Source of the DNA: Campylobacterota bacterium
GTDB lineage: Bacteria; Campylobacterota; Campylobacteria; Campylobacterales; Sulfurimonadaceae
Length of the DNA: 41,964 nucleotides
Reading direction: 5' to 3'
NCBI GenBank assembly: GCA_034661055.1
Contig: JAYEKO010000054.1
Span: 1-41,964, forward strand
Part shown: one piece after another, positions 9,639-19,530 of the stretch
Layout of the letters: each line of letters starts with the position of its first letter
Numbering within the stretch: position 1 is the first letter of the stretch
Translations under genes and position numbers: made by a program
Notes under the pieces: model-generated
Seen by the model: only the letters and a program-made list of their open reading frames with translations
Told to the model about the DNA's origin: nothing
The model's database searches: none

Positions 9639-10172
9639 CTACTTTAAAACATTCACGCATGATCTTAATATGGGATCGGAATAGATTCCCTTTTTCTCTC
9701 TACGAGCTCTTAATTCAGCACGTTTAAACTTATATTCAAACACAATATTTTTTACTTTAACATCTCTTACTGCCAAACCATTTTCTAAAAGAATCTCTGA
9801 AAGACTCTTTCTTCCTTTGGCATAAATAATACATTGATTGTTGAGAATATCTAAATGATATTGCTGATAACGTTTTAACTGTAGTGATGAGAAGTGAAAA
9901 ATTTCCGGATGATTTTGTACATATTCTTTTAAACGTGATTTACATGTATTTTCTACATTACTAATTTCACCTACCATGATTATCCCATAGTTTTTACATG
10001 CGTAAGTACTCCTTGGGGGTGTAAAATTGTTGGAGTTAATATTAAAATACAGCAAATTGTTAGATTGAACTTTTTTTAAGACCCCCAAAGTTGGCTCAGC
10101 AGAAAGTTCATATAAGAAAAATGTAGCTATCAAGATAAGACTGAAGTAAATGTTTTTCATACCCGCTATCAT
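9639..10172 (-). CDS. Secreted thermonuclease (SNase)-like protein, apparently degenerate
   Basis: Signal-like N-terminus (start may be 10160); SNase C-terminal pattern SLSEILLENGLA...AELRARREKKGIYS. Confidence 0.65.
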   Translation of the reverse strand: MIAGMKNIYFSLILIATFFLYELSAEPTLGVLKKVQSNNLLYFNINSNNFTPPRSTYACKNYGIIMVGEISNVENTCKSRLKEYVQNHPEIFHFSSLQLKRYQQYHLDILNNQCIIYAKGRKSLSEILLENGLAVRDVKVKNIVFEYKFKRAELRARREKKGIYSDPILRSCVNVLK

Positions 10173-10201
10173 AAAGCCTTAATCTTTAAAACTGTATAAA
10201 T

Positions 10202-10233
10202 ATAATAGACTTCTTACATAAGAAGTCTATTAT
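10202..10233. repeat. Perfect inverted repeat, 15-bp arms with a 2-nt spacer
   Basis: ATAATAGACTTCTTA-CA-TAAGAAGTCTATTAT. Confidence 0.95.
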
Positions 10234-10250
10234 GAAAAAGAGGAACAGAT

Positions 10251-10424
10251 GTGCAAGACTATAAATTAAAACTAATTCTAAGCGTTCTTAGTGGAGTTAT
10301 ATTCGCACTTATTTTTGTTCTTCTAGCCTTTGTTTCCCCTATTAAAAAAGAGCAGAAACAGTACACTTTAAAACCAAAATCTACATTAGAAAAAATATCA
10401 CATTCTGCGCGTGGGAGCCAATAG
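10251..10424 (+). CDS. Small (57 aa) single-pass membrane protein, not in the ORF track
   Basis: AGAGGA RBS, GTG start, MQDYKLKLILSVLSGVIFALIFVLLAFVSPIKKEQKQYTLKPKSTLEKISHSARGSQ*. Confidence 0.65.
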   Translation: MQDYKLKLILSVLSGVIFALIFVLLAFVSPIKKEQKQYTLKPKSTLEKISHSARGSQ

Positions 10425-10497
10425 AAGGAATTAATTGCTACAAAAACTAACTTTAAGTACAGGCTAACCTATTAGAATACTTTTCAAGGATAAAATT

Positions 10498-11163
10498 ATG
10501 AATGTTTCACAAGCGTTACTGCAACGAAAATCGGTGCGAGCCTACTTAGATAAAACTGTTGAAAAAGAGAAAATTGAGTTAATTTTAGAACATGCAAAAC
10601 ACGCTCCATCAGGTGTCAATATGCAGCCATGGGATCTCTGTGTTGTCAGCGGAGAGAGTAAAAGAGCTATTGAAACAAAACTACTAGAAGCTTTTAACGG
10701 TTCCCATGATGAACCTATGGACTACGAGTACTATCCGCTGACATGGAACGAACCTTATAAGACAAGAAGACGCAACACCGGACTTCTGATGTACAAGACC
10801 CTCGACATAAGACGAGAGGACACTGAAAAACAGCACAAGCAGTGGGAACAGAACTATCGTGCCTTTGATGCTCCCGTAGTAATGTATTTCTTCATAGATG
10901 AGAGTCTTGAGAAAGGATCATACATTGACTACGGTATGTTTTTACAATCTATTATGCTCATGGCTGAAGAGCTAGGATTAGCCACCTGTACTCAAGCAGC
11001 CCTTGCACAGTACCCAAGCATTGTAAAAGAGGCTTTAGATGTACCTAAAAATAAAAAGTTGCTCTGTGGTATTGCACTAGGCTATGAAGAGAAAAACGCT
11101 CTTGTAAATAGCTATAGAACTTCTAGAATTGAACTGGATGAATTTGTAAAGTTTTTTTACTAA
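10498..11163 (+). CDS. Nitroreductase family protein (NfnB-like)
   Basis: RKSVRAY, APSGVNMQPW, NYRAFDAP, DYGMFLQ and GIALGY motifs. Confidence 0.92.
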   Translation: MNVSQALLQRKSVRAYLDKTVEKEKIELILEHAKHAPSGVNMQPWDLCVVSGESKRAIETKLLEAFNGSHDEPMDYEYYPLTWNEPYKTRRRNTGLLMYKTLDIRREDTEKQHKQWEQNYRAFDAPVVMYFFIDESLEKGSYIDYGMFLQSIMLMAEELGLATCTQAALAQYPSIVKEALDVPKNKKLLCGIALGYEEKNALVNSYRTSRIELDEFVKFFY

Positions 11164-11215
11164 CCACTGATTTACATGTAAATTAAAAAATATAATTGAT
11201 AAGGAGTTATTTCAT

Positions 11216-12064
11216 TTGATTCAAGCTACCGTAAAAAACCATATTCGCTACTACGAAGGTGATATTCCCATAATTCTAAGTGTCCCTCATGGTGGAGAAG
11301 TTTCCCCTGATGATATTAACAACAGAAGCAGTGGCGTCTTTGATCTGGATGACTTTACTTTAGAACTCACTGAAGATATTATGAGTGAATTCTACAGACA
11401 GACTAAAAAAACTCCTTATGCAGTAATTGGAGAGATTTCAAGAAGAAAAGTAGATCTTAACCGACACAGAGCTGTAGCCTATGAAGACGAAAGGGCAAAA
11501 GTAATTTATGATGAATTTCATCACTTCATACAAAAAAGTAAAAAAGAGGTAGACAAAAAGTTCTCTAAAGGGTTGTACATTGACATTCATGGACAGTCAC
11601 ATCCAAAGGGATATTTAGAGTTCGGGTACCTTTTAGTTAATGATGTTCTTAAGCTTGATGATGAGAACCTATTAAAATATCAAAATAAAACAAGCATTAG
11701 GACTCTTTCAAAGTTTTCTACTGAAGTATTTTTAGACCAATTAAAAGGTCCTAACTCTCTTGGAGGCCTAATGTGCAGTGAAAGTTACGACTCTATTCCT
11801 TCACAAAAGCTTCCTTACGCAACGGACGAAAACTACTTTGAAGGAGCTTATGACACCATTAGGTATGGTTCTTTAAAGGGCGGGAACATTAGTGGCATTC
11901 AAATAGAGTTTCCTTATGATAATATTAGAGACACAAAAGAGAATCGCCAAAAGTGTGCTCAATCATTTGTCAAGTCTATTATTAAATTTATGCAGATTCA
12001 TTTTAATATAGACTTAAAATCTAAACCAAAAATTAAAAAAGTTGTCGATAATTTCATATCTTAA
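11216..12064 (+). CDS. N-formylglutamate amidohydrolase-like Zn hydrolase
   Basis: SVPHGG, DLNR, YDEFH, IDIHG and GIQIE motifs; TTG start with AAGGAG RBS. Confidence 0.75.
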   Translation: MIQATVKNHIRYYEGDIPIILSVPHGGEVSPDDINNRSSGVFDLDDFTLELTEDIMSEFYRQTKKTPYAVIGEISRRKVDLNRHRAVAYEDERAKVIYDEFHHFIQKSKKEVDKKFSKGLYIDIHGQSHPKGYLEFGYLLVNDVLKLDDENLLKYQNKTSIRTLSKFSTEVFLDQLKGPNSLGGLMCSESYDSIPSQKLPYATDENYFEGAYDTIRYGSLKGGNISGIQIEFPYDNIRDTKENRQKCAQSFVKSIIKFMQIHFNIDLKSKPKIKKVVDNFIS

Positions 12065-12152
12065 AGTCCTACTCCTCTCTTTTGCAAAGACAATAAGGTG
12101 ACAGCAATAAAAAGCGAAAAATTGAGAAAGACTTGAAACGCCCGTGCACAAG

Positions 12153-12229
12153 TGGTGGGTTCAGAGTGACTCGAACACTCGACCACTCCGTTATGAGCGG
12201 AGGGCTCTAACCAACTGAGCTATGAACCC
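12153..12229 (-). tRNA. tRNA with CAT anticodon, probably tRNA-Ile2 (lysidine); elongator Met not excluded
   Basis: Reverse complement GGGTTCATAGCTCAGTTGGTTAGAGCCCTCCGCTCATAACGGAGTGGTCGAGTGTTCGAGTCACTCTGAACCCACCA: cloverleaf, encoded CCA, paired G1-C72 so not the initiator. Confidence 0.93.
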
Positions 12230-12281
12230 ACTTTGTTTGAAGAATGCAATTCTACGGAAAAAAATCTTAGAAACTACTGAT

Positions 12282-13391
12282 TTAAAGAAAACTTTTTTTT
12301 CCTCTATCATCATACATATCTCTAAAACGAAATGCTATTAAGTTTTGCATAATAGCAAAAAGAATAATAAAGTTTACAAAACTACTGCCACCATAGCTAA
12401 ACATAGGCAGAGGCACCCCAACTACTGGGGCAAAGCCTATGGTCATTGAGATATTTACCGTCATATAGATAAAAATTAAAAACGAAATACCTGAAGCAAC
12501 AACTTTAATGTAGTAGTCTTGATTCCACACCGCAAGACTGAGCAGATGTAAAATAAGCAGTGCATAGACTGTAATCAGAGTTACTGTACCGAGAAAACCA
12601 AATCGCTCTGCAACATAAGCAAAAATAAAATCACTTGAGGCGATAGGCAGAAACTTCATCTGCGTCTGAGTTGCATCTTCTTTATTTTGCCCCAATAGTC
12701 CACCAGAGCCTATCGCAATAATTGACTGCTGTACATGATAGGATGGCTTTTCTGAAACAAAATCTTTAATACGTTTTTTCTGATAATCGTGCAGTTGTGA
12801 ATATAATAGAGGTGCTGAAATAATCACTGCAGTCACTAATGTTGCCCAAATTTTCCAATTGACTCCTACAAAAAAAAGTATACTAAAACCTAAAAGTAGT
12901 AGTACCAGTGCCGTTCCCAAGTCAGGCTCTTTGGCAATAAGAAAAAATGGAAGTAAAATATAAAACGAAATTTTTAAGAACTCTTTTAAATTGTAGCCTT
13001 TTAACTGGGGAGGATTTCTACTAATTAAATAGGCCAACATTAAAATAAATGCCGGCTTCATTAGCTCAGAAGGCTGAAGTGTAAAATTAATAAAAGGTAT
13101 CTCTAGCCATCGTTTTGCACCTAAGCGTGCATGTCCAAAAAATTCAACCGCAATAAGCAATAAAATGTTTAACCAGTAAAAGATGGGAATAAACCAGTTA
13201 AAACGTCGAATTGGAAGAAAAAAGAAAAGTAGAAAGACAACCACACCAACACCAACATAGACCATATGTTTTTGAGCAAGGACAGGATGGATTTCAGCAA
13301 TTAACCAACCAGAAACAACAACTAAAGGAATAATAAAAATAATAGAAACAATGTCGAAATGTGCTAAAATACGCCGATTAAGTTTCCACAA
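12282..13391 (-). CDS. rodA: Rod shape-determining SEDS protein RodA
   Basis: GAKRW, QPSELMK, EPDLGT, AIGSGG, SDFIF and SYGGSS motifs. Confidence 0.92.
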   Translation of the reverse strand: MWKLNRRILAHFDIVSIIFIIPLVVVSGWLIAEIHPVLAQKHMVYVGVGVVVFLLFFFLPIRRFNWFIPIFYWLNILLLIAVEFFGHARLGAKRWLEIPFINFTLQPSELMKPAFILMLAYLISRNPPQLKGYNLKEFLKISFYILLPFFLIAKEPDLGTALVLLLLGFSILFFVGVNWKIWATLVTAVIISAPLLYSQLHDYQKKRIKDFVSEKPSYHVQQSIIAIGSGGLLGQNKEDATQTQMKFLPIASSDFIFAYVAERFGFLGTVTLITVYALLILHLLSLAVWNQDYYIKVVASGISFLIFIYMTVNISMTIGFAPVVGVPLPMFSYGGSSFVNFIILFAIMQNLIAFRFRDMYDDRGKKSFL

Positions 13392-13453
13392 AGACTCTAT
13401 CCTAATTATTAACTAAATTTGACTAAAATAATAACACAATAAAGGCAATATTT

Positions 13454-14428
13454 ATGAATCAACCCGCTACATTTGATGTTAACGAAACCTCTAGACTTGA
13501 CACATTTTTAACTAAAGCACTGCAAGAACCCAGAAATCAAGTGGCCCATCTCATTAAAAACAGTAACGTAACCGTTGATGGCAAAACAGTTACCAAACCA
13601 GGACTAAAACTCAAATTTAACCAAGAAGTTTTAGTCAGCTTTCCCGAAGCAGAGATTACGCCAGCACAAGAGATTGACTTTGATGTAGAGGTGCTTTATG
13701 AAGATGATGATATTTTAGTGATCAATAAACCAAGCAATCTCACAGTCCACCCCGCAGCAAGTGTTAAAGAGCCCACGCTGGTTGATTGGCTTAAACATAA
13801 AAATATTCGCCTCTCAACTATTAGCGGTGAAGAGCGTCACGGAATTGTACACCGGCTTGACAAAGGAACCAGTGGGGTTATGGTGGTTGCTAAAAACAAC
13901 GAAGCACATGAGAAACTATCGCTACAACTTCAAGATAGAAGTATGGGACGCTACTATTTAGCTGTTATCTCACCTCTACTAAAAGATGAATTTACCTACA
14001 TTGACAAACCTATTGGACGCAGTAGCCATAATCGCCTCAAAATGGGTGTAGTTGAACATGGAAAAACAGCGCAGACACTCTTTAAGAAGCTCTATCCAAG
14101 CAGAGATGAGTCAGTGGAGTTAATTACATGTAAACTATTTACAGGAAGAACGCATCAAATTCGTGTTCACCTAGAGTCTATTAGTCGGCACATTGAGGGG
14201 GATCATTTATATGCTCTTAAGAGCAAAAAAGATAAAATCTCAAGAATTTTACTGCATGCATATCTACTCTATTTAGTTCATCCAACTACAGGTGAGACCA
14301 TGCAGTTTTGCGCACCAGTAGCTAATGATATGCAGACATTTATTAACGAACAATTTAACAAGGACACTATTAATGAACTTATTCTTCCGAACAATTTTAA
14401 CCGCCACTTTACTGATTTTATTCTCTAG
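13454..14428 (+). CDS. rluD: RluA/RluD family pseudouridine synthase with S4 domain
   Basis: INKP, HRLDKGTSG and TGRTHQIRVH motifs. Confidence 0.9.
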   Translation: MNQPATFDVNETSRLDTFLTKALQEPRNQVAHLIKNSNVTVDGKTVTKPGLKLKFNQEVLVSFPEAEITPAQEIDFDVEVLYEDDDILVINKPSNLTVHPAASVKEPTLVDWLKHKNIRLSTISGEERHGIVHRLDKGTSGVMVVAKNNEAHEKLSLQLQDRSMGRYYLAVISPLLKDEFTYIDKPIGRSSHNRLKMGVVEHGKTAQTLFKKLYPSRDESVELITCKLFTGRTHQIRVHLESISRHIEGDHLYALKSKKDKISRILLHAYLLYLVHPTTGETMQFCAPVANDMQTFINEQFNKDTINELILPNNFNRHFTDFIL

Positions 14429-15629
14429 CGGCTGCTCTAAACAGCCTGCTACACCAGAAAAAACACTTTTAGACTCATCTCTACCTAAGGTTGTTATTAA
14501 TGGCTACCTTACCGATATGAACTCCATTGCTTTTGAATGGAAACCTATAAAACACCCAAAAGTTATCGGTATAGCAATCTACAGAGCTCAGCCTCAAAGT
14601 AAAGATAAGAAGCTCCATCTTATAAAAAAAATTGAGAGTAAATACAAAACTCACTTTGTAGATAACGACATCACGCCGAACACCCCGTATCAGTATGCTT
14701 TTACTACCTATAATTCTGATGAAGCAGAATCTCATCCTAGTGATATTACCAATGTCAATTCACTTCCACGACTAAAATCTGTCAGTTTCTTCACCTCTAT
14801 TGGAAATATGCCCCGTAGTGCGAAACTTATCTGGAGACCGCACACCAACCTAAAAGTTGTCTCCTATGATATCCAACGTAGAACCATTAATGACCCAGAA
14901 TGGGAAAATATAACAACAATAAATGGTCGCTTCAATGCCGAGTTTATTGATGAAGACTTAGATGACAATCAAATTTACCAATACAGAATTATTGCTACAA
15001 CGTTTGACAACTTAAACTCCTTGCCTAGTGACATTGTAAAGGTAGTCACAAAAGCACTGCCAGATAGCATTACAAAAATCTCTGCCACGTCAACTATAGC
15101 CAAACAGATTACAATCAATTGGTCACCAAGTACCAGCAAAGGTATTGATTACTATAACATCTATCGCAGTTCTAATAAAGATGGTAGTTATGATTTACAT
15201 GTAAAATCACGTCAAAACAGCTATAATGATATGATCAATGAAGATGGCATTGAATATTATTACAAAATTACTGCAGTTGATGCTGACGGACTTGAGAGTC
15301 AACTTAGCTCACACTACGCCTATGGAAGTACATTAGGAAAACTCAAAGCTCCAACAAACTTTAGTGCAAAACTAGTAAACAAGACCGTTCAACTTAATTG
15401 GAAAAGTACTGATCAACGTACCCGTAGTTTTACCATAGTCAAAACAACCCGCGAAGGTTGGCTCTCTAAAAGCACTAGTAAAATTAATGGTATAACAAAA
15501 ACAGAACTTACAGACATGAACATTGTTGCTGATACGCTCTATCAATATCATGTCCTAGCAGTAGATAGTAATGGTATTGAGTCTAAACCGTCTGAAATTG
15601 CTGAAATCTCATTTGAATCAAAAAAGTAG
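14373..15629 (+). CDS. Fibronectin type III repeat lipoprotein (Campylobacter FlpA-like)
   Basis: Lipobox FSSGC after ATG 14373 (AAGGA RBS); four FN3-like W...Y...Y.Y.V.A..S.PS units; synteny with rluD-trmB-ftsE. Confidence 0.85.
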   Translation: MNLFFRTILTATLLILFSSGCSKQPATPEKTLLDSSLPKVVINGYLTDMNSIAFEWKPIKHPKVIGIAIYRAQPQSKDKKLHLIKKIESKYKTHFVDNDITPNTPYQYAFTTYNSDEAESHPSDITNVNSLPRLKSVSFFTSIGNMPRSAKLIWRPHTNLKVVSYDIQRRTINDPEWENITTINGRFNAEFIDEDLDDNQIYQYRIIATTFDNLNSLPSDIVKVVTKALPDSITKISATSTIAKQITINWSPSTSKGIDYYNIYRSSNKDGSYDLHVKSRQNSYNDMINEDGIEYYYKITAVDADGLESQLSSHYAYGSTLGKLKAPTNFSAKLVNKTVQLNWKSTDQRTRSFTIVKTTREGWLSKSTSKINGITKTELTDMNIVADTLYQYHVLAVDSNGIESKPSEIAEISFESKK

Positions 15630-15639
15630 GTTCTAATTT

Positions 15640-16815
15640 ATGCCACATATTCATATTAAAGAGTCTCGTAATGCGAGCTTTCCCACTGCAATTAAGGGAA
15701 CAAAGTTTGACTTTATTGCTACTAATGTAAAACATAGTGATGAACAACTTATTGCTACTGAAGTTGAGGGTAGAAAGTTTTTTACTCTACTTAAAAGTGG
15801 CGAAAAACGATTAATTAAAAGCGATAAAATTACTCGTCCTTCTCCAACATTTTTAATGCATAAAGCACTGCTTGACTATGTTAAACTTACTGATGCGGAG
15901 GTCTTTAGCTCTAACGTACATACCGCAGAAAAAAATATTCATTTTCAGCATGATGAGTTAAAACTTAAACATATTTCCTATTTTGCAGATAACTTCACTA
16001 CGGACAAAGAGGTACATATTGAGGTCGGCTTTGGTTCAGGTCGTCACCTAGTCCATCAAGCTATACAAAACCCTGATATACTCTTTATTGGCATTGAAAT
16101 CCACCGTCCCTCAATTGAACAGGTCTTAAAACAGATTAGCATACACAACATTGAAAACCTTCTGCTATTAGACTATGATGCCCGTCTTTTTATGGAACTT
16201 ATTCCCTCTAACATTGTAGGTAAAATCTATGTACATTTTCCTGTACCTTGGGACAAAAAACCTCATCGCCGTGTCATCTCAAAGCCTTTTATTGAGGAGG
16301 CAATTCGAGTTTTAAAAGTTAATGGAAGACTTGAACTTAGAACCGACAGCGAGAACTACTACGCTTACTCTTATGAAACATTTATGTCACTGCAACAACT
16401 CTCTCTTGAAATCAATAAGAATAAGTCAATTGCTGTAACAAGTAAATATGAAGACCGTTGGCGATTAATGGAAAAAAATATCTATGATGTCACGTTAATT
16501 AACTCGCAAGAGAGTCCAAATCGCACCGTAAATGCCAACTTTGACTTTCCAAAAGGCTTACTCAATCCAAAACACCTGCATGAGCTCAATGGAAAGACCG
16601 TTAAGTTTGATGGTGGATTCATCCACTTTGAACGACTCTATTCAATTGAAGGTGGTGGTATGATGTGCAGACTCTCACTCGGAAGCTTTGAGCGCCCTGA
16701 ACATGTCTATCTTATTTTAAAAGAAGATGAGACCAGCTATTTTCCTCAAAACCTTATTGCGACACGTACAAATTTACATGTACACCAAGAGTTATGTAAG
16801 GTACTTCATGGATAA
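15640..16815 (+). CDS. trmB: tRNA (guanine-N7)-methyltransferase, long epsilonproteobacterial form
   Basis: EVGFGSG, HFPVPW, LRTD and SKYE motifs. Confidence 0.93.
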   Translation: MPHIHIKESRNASFPTAIKGTKFDFIATNVKHSDEQLIATEVEGRKFFTLLKSGEKRLIKSDKITRPSPTFLMHKALLDYVKLTDAEVFSSNVHTAEKNIHFQHDELKLKHISYFADNFTTDKEVHIEVGFGSGRHLVHQAIQNPDILFIGIEIHRPSIEQVLKQISIHNIENLLLLDYDARLFMELIPSNIVGKIYVHFPVPWDKKPHRRVISKPFIEEAIRVLKVNGRLELRTDSENYYAYSYETFMSLQQLSLEINKNKSIAVTSKYEDRWRLMEKNIYDVTLINSQESPNRTVNANFDFPKGLLNPKHLHELNGKTVKFDGGFIHFERLYSIEGGGMMCRLSLGSFERPEHVYLILKEDETSYFPQNLIATRTNLHVHQELCKVLHG

Positions 16816-17479
16816 GGTCATCTACGCAAAAAATCTTTCGCTCTCATACAATGACAAAGAGACTATCATTAACGATGCATCATTTTCCATTGAATCAAAA
16901 AGTTTTGTTTTTATAACTGGGCCTAGTGGTAGTGGAAAATCAACACTTTTAAAATCATTTTATGGTGCTCTAGAACCTAGGAATGGTGAATTAATTGTTG
17001 GTGGTGTAGAGATGAACGACATCAGCCAGAAAAAACTCAATCTTCTCAGACGACATCTTGGAATTGTTTTTCAAAACTTTAGACTCGTAAAAGAGTGGAC
17101 CATTGAAAAAAATGTCATGCTACCTCTAATTATTTCAGGCTATGCTAAAGATGTCAGTAATGCTCAAGTAGAAAAGCTCCTAACCCATGTCAAACTCAAC
17201 CATCAAGCAGGAAAATACCCTCAAGAACTTAGTGGTGGAGAGCAGCAACGTGTCGCAATGGCACGAGCCCTTTCACATAATCCCATTTTAATATTAGCCG
17301 ATGAACCAACGGGTAACCTTGATGACTACTCATCTCAGGTCATATGGAATCTGCTCCAAGGAGCAAATGAGCAACTAGGTACTACAGTTGTGGTCGTAAC
17401 CCACAACATTCCTAAAAACCTTAACCTTGAATATAAGCATTTCAATATTGAGAACGGAGTCGTTCATGAGGTCATTTAA
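16808..17479 (+). CDS. ftsE: Cell division ABC ATPase FtsE
   Basis: [18 protein letters not shown] and ADEPTGNLD motifs; start at 16808 overlaps the end of trmB. Confidence 0.92.
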   Translation: MDKVIYAKNLSLSYNDKETIINDASFSIESKSFVFITGPSGSGKSTLLKSFYGALEPRNGELIVGGVEMNDISQKKLNLLRRHLGIVFQNFRLVKEWTIEKNVMLPLIISGYAKDVSNAQVEKLLTHVKLNHQAGKYPQELSGGEQQRVAMARALSHNPILILADEPTGNLDDYSSQVIWNLLQGANEQLGTTVVVVTHNIPKNLNLEYKHFNIENGVVHEVI

Positions 17480-18278
17480 AAACCACCTTTCTCTCATTTT
17501 GGCAATAGCAACCATACTATTTTCACTACAAATTTTCACTATTACAGACCGTGCTATTACTGCTTATGAATCAAACCTGCAAGAGAACTACTCTATTGTT
17601 GTTGTCTCTGAAAAACGCATGGATGACCAGACATTTAGAGCTATTAATCCGCTAATTAAAAGTAGCGAAGAGATCCAGACTGAACATGTTTTAAACAAAA
17701 TAAAAACACAGATGAAGCAGACCAATGTTGAACTACTAAAAATTGCACTTCCTAAATTTTACAGGATTCATCTTACCGAGTTTCCATCCCCAGATCAGAT
17801 TAGTACCATTACATCTCTTATTAAAAAACAGCCCGGTATTAAACGCATTGAAAGTTTTACAAACAGCCACAATACTACCTATAAACTTCTTCTGCTATTT
17901 AAACAGGTGGTATTAGTTTTAGCACTGTTTATCTTTGCAGTCACATCACTTTTAATGCTTAAAGAGATGCGTATTTGGCAGTTTCAACACACAGAGCGTA
18001 TGAGTATTATGGCACTCTTTGGAGCACCGGTTTGGCTCCGTTCAGCAGTACTGTTTCGGCTTTCCATTGTGGATGCCCTTATTGCAACACTCTTAACTGT
18101 TGCCACATTTATTACTATTTTACACTACGGTTGGATCGAATCTGAACTCGATATTATTGGTATTCATATTACCATTTTTGATCTTTTTAGTGACGGAGTG
18201 GCGATGTTAAGTCTAGCACTTAGTCTCTCGATATTTTTAGCATCTATGATTATGTTAGGACATAAAGAAGAGGTATGA
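17466..18278 (+). CDS. ftsX: Cell division permease FtsX
   Basis: Four TM helices, IMALFGA motif, follows ftsE. Confidence 0.85.
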   Translation: MRSFKNHLSLILAIATILFSLQIFTITDRAITAYESNLQENYSIVVVSEKRMDDQTFRAINPLIKSSEEIQTEHVLNKIKTQMKQTNVELLKIALPKFYRIHLTEFPSPDQISTITSLIKKQPGIKRIESFTNSHNTTYKLLLLFKQVVLVLALFIFAVTSLLMLKEMRIWQFQHTERMSIMALFGAPVWLRSAVLFRLSIVDALIATLLTVATFITILHYGWIESELDIIGIHITIFDLFSDGVAMLSLALSLSIFLASMIMLGHKEEV

Positions 18279-19525
18279 TTCATTTTCTTCTTACTTTTGT
18301 ACTAATACTCTCTAGTGTAGCTCTAGCACGTAATATTGATGCTGAAATTTCACAAACATCTAAAAAATTAAAGACCTTTAATAAAGACAATACTAAAATT
18401 AGTAACAAGATGGCTAAAAATGCCAAAAACATCTTAAAACAGAAAAATATTGTCTTAAAACAGAGTAAAGAACTCAACACTCTTGAAGAGGAGTTAGCCC
18501 TTAAAGAGCAAGACTACTCCTCAAGCAAAGCTGAACTTATACTGCTTAAAGATAGCAATAGTGAACTAAATGACGAACAAGCAAAAATTGAGCAAGAGTT
18601 AGTTTTTGCTATTGCACGTAACGCCTCACTTATGCTAGTTTTAGATGACAAAGACCCTGTTAATGAGCAATCCTTAATTGTTCAAGAGTCCCTCTATGCT
18701 CTTAGCAGACAGATACAAAATGAGATTAAATCATTAAACAGTAACTATCTTGATACTACAAAACAGATTGAATTGTTACAAGCACGAATTACAGAACTTC
18801 ACAGTACTATTGCAATGATTGATGCTAAAAAACAAGAGCTTTTAGTACTAAAACGTTCCAACTCCAAACAGTTAAAAGCACTACAAACCAATCAAAATAT
18901 ATATAAAAAATCATTTGAAAAATTAAAAAATGAGCAGAAATCACTTCGCAAAACCTTAGCCAAACTCAATATTGTTAAAGAGAAAGAGAAAGAACGTATC
19001 GCTAGAGAAAAACGTGAAGCAAAAGAAGAGAAAAAGCGTTTAGCGCAACTTGAAATTGATAGAAAAAAAGCAATAGAAACAGGAAAAGAGCTTCCTGAAG
19101 TTAAAAAACAGAGTATCTATCATAGTGTAAAAACCAAAAAGTATAGAGGTAAAAAAACCATTGCTCCACTTTCTAGTTATACTCTAGTTAAAAAGTTTGG
19201 CCCATATACTGACCCTATTTATGATATTAAGATATTTAACGAATCGGTCTCTCTTAAACCTAAAGCTAAAAATGCAAAAGTTAAAAATGTTCTTAACGGA
19301 AAAGTCATTCTAGCCAAAGAGACCTCACTGCTCAATAACATTATTATTATTGAACATAGCAATGGAATGCACACTATCTACGCACATTTAAGTCAGATTG
19401 CACCTACTATTAAAAAGGGGAAACGTCTTAAAAAAGGCTCTGTTATTGGTCGGGTCAGTGATGAGCTAATGTTTGAAGTAACACAAAAAAATTACCATAT
19501 CAATCCAATGCAACTAATTAATTAA
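18275..19525 (+). CDS. envC: Murein hydrolase activator EnvC-like (coiled coil + M23 domain)
   Basis: Signal peptide, long coiled coil, IIIEH...TIYAHL; follows ftsEX. Confidence 0.8.
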   Translation: MIHFLLTFVLILSSVALARNIDAEISQTSKKLKTFNKDNTKISNKMAKNAKNILKQKNIVLKQSKELNTLEEELALKEQDYSSSKAELILLKDSNSELNDEQAKIEQELVFAIARNASLMLVLDDKDPVNEQSLIVQESLYALSRQIQNEIKSLNSNYLDTTKQIELLQARITELHSTIAMIDAKKQELLVLKRSNSKQLKALQTNQNIYKKSFEKLKNEQKSLRKTLAKLNIVKEKEKERIAREKREAKEEKKRLAQLEIDRKKAIETGKELPEVKKQSIYHSVKTKKYRGKKTIAPLSSYTLVKKFGPYTDPIYDIKIFNESVSLKPKAKNAKVKNVLNGKVILAKETSLLNNIIIIEHSNGMHTIYAHLSQIAPTIKKGKRLKKGSVIGRVSDELMFEVTQKNYHINPMQLIN

Positions 19526-19530
19526 TATCG

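Noticed and set aside
9323..12229. Prophage or integrative element at the tRNA
   Set aside because: No integrase, transposase, phage gene or duplicated tRNA 3' end seen.
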